A stretch of 64,000 nt of DNA from Bacillus sp. (in: firmicutes). GTDB taxonomy: Bacteria; Bacillota; Bacilli; Bacillales; Bacillaceae. The position numbers and the translations under genes are program-made. Shown here piece by piece: positions 45,574 to 55,784 of this stretch. How positions within the stretch are numbered: the stretch's first letter is position 1; each line of letters starts with the position of its first letter. The notes below the pieces were generated by a model that searched no databases, was not told the origin of the DNA, and saw only the letters and a program-made list of their open reading frames with translations. The stretch lies in contig JAPSLL010000013.1 of NCBI GenBank assembly GCA_031180805.1, positions 144-64,143 on the forward strand, in the 5' to 3' direction.

Positions 45574-46380
45574 ATGATGAATTACCGTATGGTGTATATT
45601 GTTTCGGATTCTGTTGGAGAAACGGCAGAATTAGTTGTAAAAGCAGCAGCTAGCCAATTCAATGGGGTATCGGTAAATACAAAAATAAAACGAATTCCTT
45701 ATGTTGAGGACAAGGGGACAATTTTAGAAGTATTATCACTCGCAAAAGTTGATAATGCAATAGTTTGTTTTACATTAGTCATACCAGAATTAAGACAATA
45801 TTTAATAGAAGAAGCTGTGAAACAGGGAGTTGTTTACTATGATATCATTGGCCCTCTTATTGATATTATGGAAAACTCATATGGAAAAGCGGCAAAGTAT
45901 GAACCCGGCAGAGTTCGTAAACTTGATGAAGAGTATTTTAAAAAGGTTGAAGCTATTGAATTTGCGGTCAAATATGATGATGGTCGAGATCCTAGAGGAA
46001 TCCTCAAGGCGGATATCGTATTAATTGGTGTATCACGTACTTCGAAAACCCCACTTTCTCAATATTTAGCGCATAAGAGATTTAAAGTAGCCAATGTTCC
46101 GATTGTACCTGAAGTTGAACCACCAGAAGAACTTTATAAAGTTTCTGCGCAAAAATGTATAGGACTGCGAATTAGTCCTGATAAGCTAAATCATATCCGC
46201 AGAGAAAGATTAAAATCATTAGGGCTTAATGATGAAGCATTTTATGCGAATATTAATCGAATTAAAGAGGAATTAGACTACTTTGATAAAATAGTTGATA
46301 AAATTGGCTGTCAGGTAATTGATGTATCAAATAAGGCAGTTGAGGAAACAGCAAATATTATTGCAAAGCTTCATGAATAA
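45574..46380 (+). CDS. yqfL: Pyruvate,phosphate dikinase / PEP synthase regulatory protein (DUF299, YqfL)
   Basis: [10 protein letters not shown] and [16 protein letters not shown]-loop. Start at one of the ATGATG pair 45574/45577, after GAGGGGG. Confidence 0.93.
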   Translation: MMNYRMVYIVSDSVGETAELVVKAAASQFNGVSVNTKIKRIPYVEDKGTILEVLSLAKVDNAIVCFTLVIPELRQYLIEEAVKQGVVYYDIIGPLIDIMENSYGKAAKYEPGRVRKLDEEYFKKVEAIEFAVKYDDGRDPRGILKADIVLIGVSRTSKTPLSQYLAHKRFKVANVPIVPEVEPPEELYKVSAQKCIGLRISPDKLNHIRRERLKSLGLNDEAFYANINRIKEELDYFDKIVDKIGCQVIDVSNKAVEETANIIAKLHE

Positions 46381-46661
46381 TAAAATCGGTATTACTAAAT
46401 GATTTATACTTTTTACCGATGAAAGCCATCACTATGATTGATATTAATTTAGAATTTACAAAATAAAAACAAAAAAACAATAGATATTTGTAGAATTTTA
46501 TATTATAATAAAAAATTGTGATAAAATTATTTTTTTTAGGTTTAGAACTTGACTTTGAGGAATAAACTATTAATTGTAAACTGTCAAGAAATATCCAAAA
46601 AAATAATTCGACAAAAGTCTTTTATTTCCGAAAATATTTTGATTTGAATGCATTTAAAAGA

Positions 46662-46687
46662 AGGAATTTGTCGGAGTAATGTAGAAT
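46662..46687 (+). promoter_or_regulatory. Candidate sigma-H-type promoter upstream of yqxD-dnaG-sigA
   Basis: AGGAATT (46662-46668), 15 nt, then GAAT (46684-46687). Compare the consensus RNAGGAWWT ... RGAAT. Confidence 0.35.
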
Positions 46688-46708
46688 AGAGGATTATGAC
46701 GAAAAACA

Positions 46709-47161
46709 ATGAATATTTATGTTGATGCAGATGCATGTCCTGTGAAACAAGAAATAATGACCATTGCAAATGAATACCAATTTGAAGTGGTTTTTGTTGC
46801 CTCTTATAACCATGTTTCAGATAAAACCTATGGTGGAAAATGGGTCTTTGTTGACACAGGTAAAGAAGCAGCAGATTTATACATTGTCAACCATGTGAAG
46901 AAAGGTGACTTAGTCGTTTCTCAGGATATAGGCTTAGCAGGTCTGTTATTAAAAAAAGAAGTTCTAGTTATTACTCCAAGAGGTAAAATCTATACAGAGA
47001 GTAATATTGACACTGCATTACAATTTCGATATTTATCAGCTATGGAAAGACGTGGTGGCAAGTTTACAAAAGGACCGAAAAAATTCACAGAATCAGATAT
47101 TATAAATTTTATCACAACAATGAAAAAAATTTTGTCGAAAGATGCAGGAGATATAAAATGA
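46709..47161 (+). CDS. yqxD: UPF0178/YaiI family protein (YqxD)
   Basis: IYVDADACPVK N-terminus. First gene of the sigA operon, as in B. subtilis. Confidence 0.9.
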   Translation: MNIYVDADACPVKQEIMTIANEYQFEVVFVASYNHVSDKTYGGKWVFVDTGKEAADLYIVNHVKKGDLVVSQDIGLAGLLLKKEVLVITPRGKIYTESNIDTALQFRYLSAMERRGGKFTKGPKKFTESDIINFITTMKKILSKDAGDIK

Positions 47162-47193
47162 ATCTCGAATATCTTTAATACGGAGTTGTTTAT

Positions 47194-49014
47194 ATGGGAA
47201 ATCGAATTCCCGAGGAATTAATCGAAAAAATACAACGAACTTCTGACATTGTTGATGTGATAAGTGAATATGTTCAATTGAAGAAACAAGGTCGTAACTA
47301 CTTTGGATTATGTCCTTTTCATGGAGAAAAATCTCCTTCGTTTTCCGTTTCGGCAGATAAACAAATTTATCACTGTTTTGGCTGTGGCGCTGGTGGAAAT
47401 GTCTTTTCATTTCTAATGCAGCATAATGGCTATACATTTATTGAAGCAGCACAGCATCTTGCTGATAGGGCAAATATTGAATTGCCTAATATAACTGTAC
47501 CATCTGCAAATCAAACAAGCGTTTCAAAAGATGCTGATAAAATGATTGAAGCACATGAGTTATTAAAAAAATTCTACCACCATTTATTGATAAATACAAA
47601 AGAAGGTCAGCCTGCATTAGATTACCTTATTAACAGAGGGTTTACTAAAGAGATAATCGATAAGTTTGAAATTGGATATGCCTTAGATTCCTGGGATTTA
47701 ATAACAAAGTTTCTTAAGAGTAGGAATTTCGATTTATCACTAATGGAAGAAGCTGGCTTGGTAGTAAAAAAAAATGACTTTGAAAACTTTTATGATCGAT
47801 TTCGAAATCGAATCATGTTCCCAATTTCGGATCACCATGGGGCAACTGTAGCATTCTCTGGAAGAGTTCTTGGTGACGAAAAACCGAAATATTTAAATAG
47901 TCCCGAAACAAAAATATTTAATAAAAGTAAGCTACTTTATAACTTTAATCGAGCAAGAGTACATATTCGAAAAAATCAACAGGTAGTATTATTTGAGGGA
48001 TATGCAGATGTAATTTCAGCAGATCGTTCAGGAGTGGAATATTCAATTGCAACAATGGGTACTTCACTTACAGAGGAACAGGCAAAAATTATCCGTAGAA
48101 ACGTAAATGAAGTGACTCTTTGTTATGATTCTGACTCTGCTGGAATTGAAGCAACAATAAGAGCTTCGAAGATTTTAACTGCTGCAGGCTGTACAGTAAA
48201 AGTTGCTCTTATTCCAGATGGATTAGACCCTGATGACTACATCAATAAATTTGGTGCAGATAAATTTAAAAATGATGTAATAGGGGCAAGCGTTCCGTTA
48301 ATGACATTTAAAATGAAATACTTCCGTAGGGGCAAAAACCTTCAAAACGAAGGTGAAAGGCTTCAATATATTGACAATGTCATGATTGAGCTTAGTAAAT
48401 TGGAGAATGCGATTGAGAAGGAAATATATTTAAAGCAGCTTTCAAAAGAGTTTGACCTTACCATGGATGTATTAAAAGAGCAGCTTCACCAAAAAGAATC
48501 ACAATACAAACCGAAGCAGCAAGGCTCAGTCCAAAAACGTGTAGAGGAATCTCAGTATCAAAGAAAACCAATCAATACAAAACGTTTATTGCCAGCCTTT
48601 CATACTGCAGAAAGAATGCTTATTGGACATATGCTAAGAAGCAAGGACTTTGCTGAAAAAGTTCTCGAACGGTTAGGATTACAATTTAATATTGAAGAGC
48701 ACAAAGCAATTGTAACTTATTTATATGCATATTATGAAGAGGGAAATCCGGAGAATGTTAGTTCATTTTTATCTAGACTTCCAAATCCGGAGTTACAGCA
48801 TATCGTATCAAATATTGCAATGATTCCTTTAAATCCAGAAGTTAGTGAGCAGGAGCTTACTGATTATATAAAACAGGTGTTGAATCAACAAAAAATGTTA
48901 ATGATAAAAGAAAAAGAAGCAGAAAAAAATGATGCTGAAAGAAATAAACACTATAAAGAAGCTGCTCAAATTGCAATGGAAATTATCCAATTAAAACAAT
49001 CACTTAAGGTTTGA
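47194..49014 (+). CDS. dnaG: DNA primase
   Basis: [29 protein letters not shown] zinc finger and a TOPRIM domain (EGYADV, DSDSAG). Confidence 0.98.
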   Translation: MGNRIPEELIEKIQRTSDIVDVISEYVQLKKQGRNYFGLCPFHGEKSPSFSVSADKQIYHCFGCGAGGNVFSFLMQHNGYTFIEAAQHLADRANIELPNITVPSANQTSVSKDADKMIEAHELLKKFYHHLLINTKEGQPALDYLINRGFTKEIIDKFEIGYALDSWDLITKFLKSRNFDLSLMEEAGLVVKKNDFENFYDRFRNRIMFPISDHHGATVAFSGRVLGDEKPKYLNSPETKIFNKSKLLYNFNRARVHIRKNQQVVLFEGYADVISADRSGVEYSIATMGTSLTEEQAKIIRRNVNEVTLCYDSDSAGIEATIRASKILTAAGCTVKVALIPDGLDPDDYINKFGADKFKNDVIGASVPLMTFKMKYFRRGKNLQNEGERLQYIDNVMIELSKLENAIEKEIYLKQLSKEFDLTMDVLKEQLHQKESQYKPKQQGSVQKRVEESQYQRKPINTKRLLPAFHTAERMLIGHMLRSKDFAEKVLERLGLQFNIEEHKAIVTYLYAYYEEGNPENVSSFLSRLPNPELQHIVSNIAMIPLNPEVSEQELTDYIKQVLNQQKMLMIKEKEAEKNDAERNKHYKEAAQIAMEIIQLKQSLKV

Positions 49015-49166
49015 TTGGTAGGACGAAAGTAAACAGAGTGAGTTAATCCTAGATGTGTCTGTTACTTTTTGTGACAAAAGCACATCGATTAATATAAATG
49101 GTAATAATGCTAAATAGTAATCCGATGCTTATCAGATAGTTGATAAGTTTGGAAGGAGGGGATCCA

Positions 49167-50282
49167 ATGGCTGATAAACAAACCCATGAAACTGAAGTAA
49201 CCTTTGAACAGGTAAAAGACCAGTTAACTGAAATAGGGAAAAAACGAGGAGTTTTGACATATGAAGAAATAGCAGAACGTATGTCAAACTTTGAAATTGA
49301 ATCAGACCAAATGGATGAGTATTATGAGTTTTTAGGTGAACAAGGAGTAGAATTAATAGGTGAAACTGCTGGTGTAGAAGAAGATCCTAATGTAAAAGAC
49401 CTTGCTAAGGAAGAAGAGTTCGACTTAAATGATTTGAGCGTTCCTCCTGGCGTAAAGATAAACGACCCAGTTCGTATGTATTTAAAAGAAATAGGGAGAG
49501 TCGATCTTTTATCTGCTGATGAAGAGATTGAACTTGCAAATCGAATTGAAAATGGTGATGAAGAAGCAAAACGAAGACTTGCTGAAGCAAATTTACGTTT
49601 AGTAGTTAGTATTGCAAAGCGTTATGTAGGTCGCGGAATGCTATTTCTCGATTTAATTCAAGAAGGTAACATGGGACTAATGAAAGCTGTTGAAAAGTTT
49701 GATTACCGTAAAGGATTTAAATTTAGTACGTATGCTACATGGTGGATTCGTCAAGCGATTACACGTGCAATTGCTGACCAGGCACGAACAATTCGTATTC
49801 CAGTTCATATGGTAGAAACGATTAACAAGCTAATTAGGGTTCAACGTCAATTACTTCAAGATTTAGGTAGAGAACCGACTCCTGAAGAAATTGGAGAAGA
49901 TATGGAATTAACTCCAGATAAAGTCAGGGAAATTTTAAAAATTGCTCAAGAACCTGTTTCTTTGGAAACTCCAATCGGTGAAGAAGATGATTCACATCTT
50001 GGAGACTTTATCGAAGATCAGGATGCAACTTCTCCATCAGAACATGCTGCATATGAGTTATTAAAAGAACAACTAGAAGATGTTCTAGATACGTTAACTG
50101 ATCGTGAAGAAAATGTTTTACGTCTTCGATTTGGCCTTGACGATGGCAGAACAAGGACTTTAGAAGAAGTAGGTAAAGTATTCGGTGTTACTCGCGAACG
50201 TATACGTCAAATCGAAGCGAAAGCACTTCGTAAGCTACGTCATCCAAGTAGAAGCAAACGTCTTAAGGACTTTTTAGAATAG
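49167..50282 (+). CDS. sigA: Primary sigma factor SigA
   Basis: The ATG at 49167 follows GGAAGGAGGGG. Regions 1.2 to 4.2 are conserved ([33 protein letters not shown]). Confidence 0.98.
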   Translation: MADKQTHETEVTFEQVKDQLTEIGKKRGVLTYEEIAERMSNFEIESDQMDEYYEFLGEQGVELIGETAGVEEDPNVKDLAKEEEFDLNDLSVPPGVKINDPVRMYLKEIGRVDLLSADEEIELANRIENGDEEAKRRLAEANLRLVVSIAKRYVGRGMLFLDLIQEGNMGLMKAVEKFDYRKGFKFSTYATWWIRQAITRAIADQARTIRIPVHMVETINKLIRVQRQLLQDLGREPTPEEIGEDMELTPDKVREILKIAQEPVSLETPIGEEDDSHLGDFIEDQDATSPSEHAAYELLKEQLEDVLDTLTDREENVLRLRFGLDDGRTRTLEEVGKVFGVTRERIRQIEAKALRKLRHPSRSKRLKDFLE

Positions 50283-50285
50283 GAT

Positions 50286-50311
50286 AAGGCGGACATATTG
50301 TCCGTCTTTTT
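50286..50311 (+). terminator. Terminator after sigA
   Basis: GGCGGACA ... TGTCCGTC followed by TTTTT. Confidence 0.85.
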
Positions 50312-50348
50312 AATTAGTAACAGACGAGATTTAAGAAGGATGACTGAG

Positions 50349-50885
50349 ATGAATCTAGAAAAAAAGAAAATAATTATAAATGAAATCCACTATTGGAAAA
50401 ACAATAAGTTATTACCGGATACTTATTGTAACTTTCTTCTCGCTTTATATACAGAAGGTAATCATAATGAAGATGTACAATTATTAAGTAAAACTAAAAA
50501 TAGTGGTGCTAAGTTTTTGTTGCTTACGTTATTGGCACTTTTATTAGTAATTACGCTTCTTGTCATTTATTTTACTGAATTGTCATTTGTTTTGCAAATG
50601 GCCATAGTAGTTTTTTTACTCTTAATTTCAATTGTTGTTACCGCTTACTTTAATAAATTCGGGAAAATATTTCAAGTGCCATTAAGCATAACTCTAATTC
50701 AATTTTTAATTTGTTCAATAACTTTTATAGAGAAAATATCTTACAGTAATCAAATATGGATTGCTGCAACTGTTTTAGGGAACTGTATTTTGTGGATTAC
50801 TTTAGGGAAATTGTATCGAATGATATACTTAGTAATAAGTGGTACGATTGGAATAATGATTCTTCTTGGTATTATTATCTTATAA
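50349..50885 (+). CDS. Hypothetical polytopic membrane protein (178 aa), function unknown
   Basis: The ATG at 50349 is 8 nt after AGAAGGA. The track start at 50298 lies inside the sigA terminator. There is a soluble N-terminal roughly 45 aa (IINEIHYWKNNKLLPDTYCNFLLALYTEG), then about 4 predicted TM helices. I do not recognise the family. Confidence 0.6.
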   Translation: MNLEKKKIIINEIHYWKNNKLLPDTYCNFLLALYTEGNHNEDVQLLSKTKNSGAKFLLLTLLALLLVITLLVIYFTELSFVLQMAIVVFLLLISIVVTAYFNKFGKIFQVPLSITLIQFLICSITFIEKISYSNQIWIAATVLGNCILWITLGKLYRMIYLVISGTIGIMILLGIIIL

Positions 50886-51173
50886 AATTTTCATTATGTA
50901 TAGTAATGTCAATCTTTTATTTTGAATATTAGGAGAAAAAACATATTTTTGTCTAAATTGTGAAAATCTTTATAGTGATGAAAGATAAGGCTTTCACTAA
51001 TCGGGAATATAAAGTAAAATAGAGGTTGTTTAAAATGAAATTATGTAGTTTATCCTTCAATTTAGGCAGTGTATATTTATTAATGCATTCTGCCTGTAAA
51101 GATTCATTCAAATATTAGATGAGCAACTTATCTAATAGGAAAAATTTTTTATTTACATAAGGGAGGTTACATG

Positions 51174-51542
51174 ATGAATCGCAATCCACTTATTCCATTC
51201 TTATTAATCGCAGTTCTAGGAATCGGCCTTATGTTCCTTTTATCTTTTAAAGGTCTTGGCGATCATGAAAAGCTTGCAAACGGTGGCGAAGAGGAAAAAG
51301 CAGAGGATCTTGCAAACGCTACACCTGAAGAATTATATCAACAAGCAGGTTGTATCGGATGTCATGGGGAGAATTATCAAGGGCAAGGTTCTGCGCCTTC
51401 ATTAATCGGTGCTGGCGAAAAATTAGGGGTAGATGGAATTAAGAAAACAATTCAAGAAGGTAGAGGCGCTATGCCAGGTGGTTTAATCCAAGATGCTGAA
51501 CAATTAGATAAAATGGCTGAATGGGTATCTAAGTTAAAATAG
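51174..51542 (+). CDS. cccA: Membrane-anchored cytochrome c-550
   Basis: N-terminal TM NPLIPFLLIAVLGIGL, CIGCH heme-binding site, and distal Met (GAMPGG). AAGGGAGG SD. Confidence 0.94.
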   Translation: MNRNPLIPFLLIAVLGIGLMFLLSFKGLGDHEKLANGGEEEKAEDLANATPEELYQQAGCIGCHGENYQGQGSAPSLIGAGEKLGVDGIKKTIQEGRGAMPGGLIQDAEQLDKMAEWVSKLK

Positions 51543-51706
51543 TTAGTTCACTTATACAGAATAACTTAAGGGCTTTCTAAGCTTAATTGAATACTTGGAA
51601 AAGTTATTTCTAACATAGTAGTAATTCACCATTGTACGATAAAGTGGTGAACAACTTACTTTGAGAGGTAAGAGGGGTATTAACCATCTTTTCTTTAAGA
51701 AACACT

Positions 51707-51740
51707 AAAAATCCTTTGCTTTTGTAAAGGATTTTTTTTT
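51707..51740 (+). terminator. Terminator about 165 nt downstream of cccA
   Basis: AAAAATCCTTTGC ... GTAAAGGATTTTTTTTT. Confidence 0.85.
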
Positions 51741-51839
51741 ATAATATTTTGTAAAGCTTTCGGATTTATTTACAACGATTTGATATATTTAATATTTAAG
51801 GAAATAATGACAGAGAATCTTAATGATAGTGGTGAGAAT

Positions 51840-52550
51840 ATGAATGAATTAAAATTATCGCAAAGATTAGAAAAAGTTGCGAATTATCTACCAGGAAACT
51901 CAATATTTGCTGATATTGGCTCAGACCATGCTTATCTACCTTGTCACGCTGTGTTAGAAGGGAAGGCACAGGGGGCAATTGTAGGTGAAATTACAGATGG
52001 ACCTTTTAAATCTGCTCAAAAACAAGTATTAAAGTGCGAGCTTTCAGATGTAATCTCAGTTCGAAAGGGAGATGGGTTATCTGTCATAGAAGATGGTGAG
52101 CATCTTGACTGTATTACGATAGCCGGTATGGGAGGAGGCCTCATAAAAAAAATACTTGAAGAAGGTAAAAAGAAATTAGTTAATGTAAAAAGGCTTATTT
52201 TACAACCGAATATCCATGCAATTTACATAAGGCAATGGATGTTAGAAAATGATTGGGAATTAATAGATGAAACTATTTTAGAAGAAGATAATAAAATCTA
52301 CGAAATACTTGTAGCTGAAAAAGGAGATCCGATGAAGCCTTATCAAAATTTAGAGCTTCAAGCTGGTTTATTGGTTGGTCCTATTTTAGCTAAAGAGAAA
52401 TCGCCTATTTTTCAAAAAAAATGGTCACTTGAAATAAATCATTGGAAAACAATTCTAAAGCAGCTTGAAGATGCGGGCTATACATATGAAAATAATGATA
52501 AGTATAGAGAGGTAACAGGCCAATTACAATTGGTTCAGGAGGTTTTGTAA
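51840..52550 (+). CDS. trmK: tRNA (adenine22-N1)-methyltransferase TrmK (YqfN)
   Basis: LSQRLEKVANYL ... ADIGSDHAYLP ... IAGMGG motifs. The ATG at 51840 is preferred over the track start at 51780. Confidence 0.92.
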   Translation: MNELKLSQRLEKVANYLPGNSIFADIGSDHAYLPCHAVLEGKAQGAIVGEITDGPFKSAQKQVLKCELSDVISVRKGDGLSVIEDGEHLDCITIAGMGGGLIKKILEEGKKKLVNVKRLILQPNIHAIYIRQWMLENDWELIDETILEEDNKIYEILVAEKGDPMKPYQNLELQAGLLVGPILAKEKSPIFQKKWSLEINHWKTILKQLEDAGYTYENNDKYREVTGQLQLVQEVL

Positions 52551-53674
52551 TGAAGAATAAGGTACCTAACGGAAATGAGGTAATTCAATTATTTGAACAA
52601 TTTTCTCCGAAGTCGTATGCACTAGAAGGAGATAAGATTGGTTTGCAAATTGGTAAACTTAATAAACCGATTCAACATGTCATGATTACGCTAGATGTTG
52701 TTGAAGAAGTAATTGATGAAGCAATTGAAGAAAAGGTTGATTTACTTATTGCTCATCATCCTCCTATTTTTAGGCCGCTTAAAAAGCTTACAACGGATAC
52801 AACTTATGGGCGAATGATTGAAAAATGTATTAAACATGACATTGCTGTCTATGTAGCTCACACTAATTTAGATGTAGCAATAGGTGGAGTTAATGACTTA
52901 CTAGCAGATGTGCTTCAATTACATAATACAGAGGTATTAATCCCTACTTACGAGGATAAATTAAAAAAATTAGTTGTTTATGTACCAGTAACACATGAAG
53001 AACAGGTCCGAAAAGCCATCGGGGATGCGGGAGCAGGTCATCTAGGAAATTATAGTCACTGCACATTTAAAACAATCGGTAATGGCAGCTTTTTACCTGA
53101 AGAGGGTGCTTTACCTTTTATCGGCAAACTTGGAGAAATTGAAGTTGTTGAAGAAGCACGAATAGAAACGGTTATTCCTGCGTCAATTGAAAAAAAGGTT
53201 ATTCAAGCTATGCTTAAGGCACATCCTTATGAAGAAGTTGCCTATGACATTTATTCACTTGAACAACAAGGAACCCAATTAGGACTTGGTAGAATTGGTT
53301 ATTTAGAAAATGAGCTTACACTTAAAGAGTTTGCTGAACATGTAAAAAACTCATTAAAGGTTGACCGTGTAAGAATGGTTGGGAATGAGGGGGATAAGAT
53401 AAAAAAAGTTGCTGTATTAGGTGGAGATGGAAACAAATATATACAGCAAGCGAAATTTAAAGGTGCAGATGTTTACGTTACAGGTGATTTGTACTTTCAT
53501 GTAGCACATGATGCGTTAATGTTAGGGTTAAATGTAATCGATCCAGGACATCATGTTGAGAAAGTAATGATTGATGGTGTTGTACAAAAATTAACAAAAA
53601 TGTGTAACGAAAAAAATTTAGCAGTGAATATAGTTGGTTCCAGCATTGATACAAATCCCTTTCAATTTATTTAA
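52550..53674 (+). CDS. yqfO: Nif3-family dinuclear metal centre protein (YqfO)
   Basis: LLIAHHPPIF, AHTNLD and the inserted PII-like domain. TAATG overlap with trmK. Confidence 0.93.
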   Translation: MKNKVPNGNEVIQLFEQFSPKSYALEGDKIGLQIGKLNKPIQHVMITLDVVEEVIDEAIEEKVDLLIAHHPPIFRPLKKLTTDTTYGRMIEKCIKHDIAVYVAHTNLDVAIGGVNDLLADVLQLHNTEVLIPTYEDKLKKLVVYVPVTHEEQVRKAIGDAGAGHLGNYSHCTFKTIGNGSFLPEEGALPFIGKLGEIEVVEEARIETVIPASIEKKVIQAMLKAHPYEEVAYDIYSLEQQGTQLGLGRIGYLENELTLKEFAEHVKNSLKVDRVRMVGNEGDKIKKVAVLGGDGNKYIQQAKFKGADVYVTGDLYFHVAHDALMLGLNVIDPGHHVEKVMIDGVVQKLTKMCNEKNLAVNIVGSSIDTNPFQFI

Positions 53675-53690
53675 TTCACATTAGAATGTA

Positions 53691-53722
53691 GAAAGCCCAT
53701 TACATTCTTGTAATGGGCTTTC
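53691..53722. terminator. Bidirectional terminator between yqfO and ispH
   Basis: GAAAGCCCATTAC ... GTAATGGGCTTTC, a 13-bp perfect stem. Confidence 0.85.
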
Positions 53723-53730
53723 TTAGGTAT

Positions 53731-54675
53731 TTATTTTTTTGTTTTTACTTTTGGGAGTATTTTTGAAAGTGGAACATGATGATTTAAATCCCATGTAGAA
53801 GGATCATTATGTTCGTATTGCTCCAAAAATTGAATTACCTTTTTAGTAATTGGAGTAGGTGTCGATGCACCAGCTGTTACGGCCACTTTCTTAACATTAG
53901 TAAGCCATTCTAGCTTAAGCTCACTTAAATCTGAAATTCGATATGCTTTCGTTTTTGCTATTTGTTCAGATACTTGTGCTAAACGGTTTGAATTATTGCT
54001 TTTAGGGTCGCCAACGACGATTGTTAGATCAGCTGCACCAGCTTGTTCAGCAACAGCCTCTTGTCGAACTTGTGTAGCTAAACAAATTTCTTTATGAGTT
54101 TCTGCATGTGGAAACTTTTCTTTCACTTTCTCCATAATATCTGCGACATCCCATTGGCTCATTGTTGTTTGATTAGTCACAATGATTTTTTCGTTTTCGA
54201 TCTTTAGATTATCTACATCTTCAGCTGATTCTACGAGATGAACAATATGTGGAGCAACACCAACAGCTCCTTCAGGCTCTGGGTGTCCCTTTTTTCCTAT
54301 ATAGATGACATGATAGCCTTCTGCTTCTTTTTCTCGAATGAGATCATGTGTTTTTGTCACATCAGGACAGGTTGCATCAAGTGTTACTAGTCCTTTTTCT
54401 TTTGCGATTCTACGTACTTCTGGTGAAACACCGTGGGCAGTGAAAATAATGGTACCCTTATCAACTTTTTCAAGAATATCTAAACGGTTTTTCCCATCAA
54501 GAGTAATGATTCCATCATCCTCGAATGCATCGGTAACATGTTTATTGTGAACAATCATACCTAAAATGTAGATTGGTCTTGGTAATGTTTTATCTAATGC
54601 AGCATTTTTGGCGATAACCATAGCATCAACAACGCCATAGCAATATCCACGTGGAGCGATTTTTATTACGTCCAT
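53731..54675 (-). CDS. ispH: 4-hydroxy-3-methylbut-2-enyl diphosphate reductase
   Basis: [20 protein letters not shown] and [12 protein letters not shown] motifs. Confidence 0.97.
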   Translation of the reverse strand: MDVIKIAPRGYCYGVVDAMVIAKNAALDKTLPRPIYILGMIVHNKHVTDAFEDDGIITLDGKNRLDILEKVDKGTIIFTAHGVSPEVRRIAKEKGLVTLDATCPDVTKTHDLIREKEAEGYHVIYIGKKGHPEPEGAVGVAPHIVHLVESAEDVDNLKIENEKIIVTNQTTMSQWDVADIMEKVKEKFPHAETHKEICLATQVRQEAVAEQAGAADLTIVVGDPKSNNSNRLAQVSEQIAKTKAYRISDLSELKLEWLTNVKKVAVTAGASTPTPITKKVIQFLEQYEHNDPSTWDLNHHVPLSKILPKVKTKK

Positions 54676-54856
54676 TTTGTGTTGCCTCCTTAAGAGATCA
54701 TTAGGCTTTGTTAAAGGTTATTGTTGATTTTTTGCCTTGATGAAAATAGCATAAGACCTACCTCGTTTTTCTTAAGCTAAAATTCAGAGTTGTCTCTAGT
54801 ACTTGCACAAAAAGCAAATAATCGACAGACCAGTTTTAACAGCATGCCTTTTTCAT

Positions 54857-54879
54857 TAAAAAAAGCCGAAAATCGGCTT
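54857..54879 (-). terminator. Terminator of yqfQ (same hairpin sequence as the sda terminator)
   Basis: TTAAAAAAAGCCGAAAATCGGCTT, with the U-run on the minus strand. Confidence 0.75.
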
Positions 54880-54939
54880 AAACTCTTATAATCTCTTAAT
54901 ATTATATCGAAAATATGGGAAGAATACAAAGTGGAAAAA

Positions 54940-55590
54940 TTAGATATACATTTTTGGCTTAGAACTTTTTGGTTGTGAAGTGGCCTTTTTTCTAACAGGT
55001 GATGATTCAGATTCTTTTTCGTCATTTAATGGGTTTTGCTTCTTTGCTGTTATTTTGCTTTTCACCTTTTCTGACTTTTGTTGTTGAACTTCAGTTTGTT
55101 TAGTATCACTTGATTGAATTGTTTCGTTACTGAGACCATTTTCATTATTAGCTTCTGAACTAGTATCTTCACTATTTAATTCACGATATATTTTTATCAT
55201 TGCAGGTAAATTTTTAATTAATGGTCCGTATTGCTGAACCATTGGTGTTACTTGTTGAGCCATACCTAGTACTTTTTGTACATTCCCAAGCATACTGGAA
55301 ATATTCGATGGGTTTGTCAGTCCTTGTAGAATTCCAGGTGCACCTGAGCGGGAAGCGGTTGTAACTCCTTGTATAAGCCCTTGAGGGTTAACAGGGCCAA
55401 CTGCTTGGTTTCCTGGAATAATTCTTGAAAGAATTCCTTTTAATCCTCCACCTCTTGTAGCAGTCTGTGGAGTAAATTGTCCTCCTCTCATCATTGGTAA
55501 AGTTGGTTGCCGCATTATAGGCATCTGTCTTGGTTGTGGCGGATAAAAGCCTCTAGTGTTCATTGGAGGCATAGGTCTATTTTGAAACAA
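54940..55590 (-). CDS. yqfQ: YqfQ/VrrA-family low-complexity protein
   Basis: Pro/Gln/Gly/Met-rich N-terminus (MFQNRPMPPMNTRGFYPPQP), then a conserved central block and an acidic/Ser tail. Same position as B. subtilis yqfQ. Confidence 0.85.
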   Translation of the reverse strand: MFQNRPMPPMNTRGFYPPQPRQMPIMRQPTLPMMRGGQFTPQTATRGGGLKGILSRIIPGNQAVGPVNPQGLIQGVTTASRSGAPGILQGLTNPSNISSMLGNVQKVLGMAQQVTPMVQQYGPLIKNLPAMIKIYRELNSEDTSSEANNENGLSNETIQSSDTKQTEVQQQKSEKVKSKITAKKQNPLNDEKESESSPVRKKATSQPKSSKPKMYI

Positions 55591-55688
55591 TATAAGTCCT
55601 CCTCTCGTTTTAAGTTCCTCTATGGATAGATTATGCAGTTAGATGAAGAATGGTTTCTTTATTTAACTTTAGATATTTAAGGTGAATT

Positions 55689-55716
55689 TTGAGTTTTTGC
55701 GAGAATCGTATATAAT
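55689..55716 (+). promoter_or_regulatory. Candidate sigma-A promoter of cshB
   Basis: TTGAGT, 16-nt spacer, TATAAT (55711-55716). Confidence 0.4.
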
Positions 55717-55784
55717 GATATGATGGATAAATAAAGTGATACATATATATTTGCATTAGCTTTATCCAAAAGGAGATGACAAGA

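Noticed and set aside
51035-51118. 27-aa ORF (MKLCSLSFNLGSVYLLMHSACKDSFKY) upstream of cccA, with AGAGG 9 nt before the ATG.
   Set aside because: It is too short and unremarkable to support without conservation or expression data. It could be checked by ribosome profiling.
54777-55025. 82-aa minus-strand ORF overlapping the yqfQ 3' end and its terminator.
   Set aside because: It reads through the yqfQ terminator hairpin and the ispH promoter spacer. It has no SD and no family resemblance.
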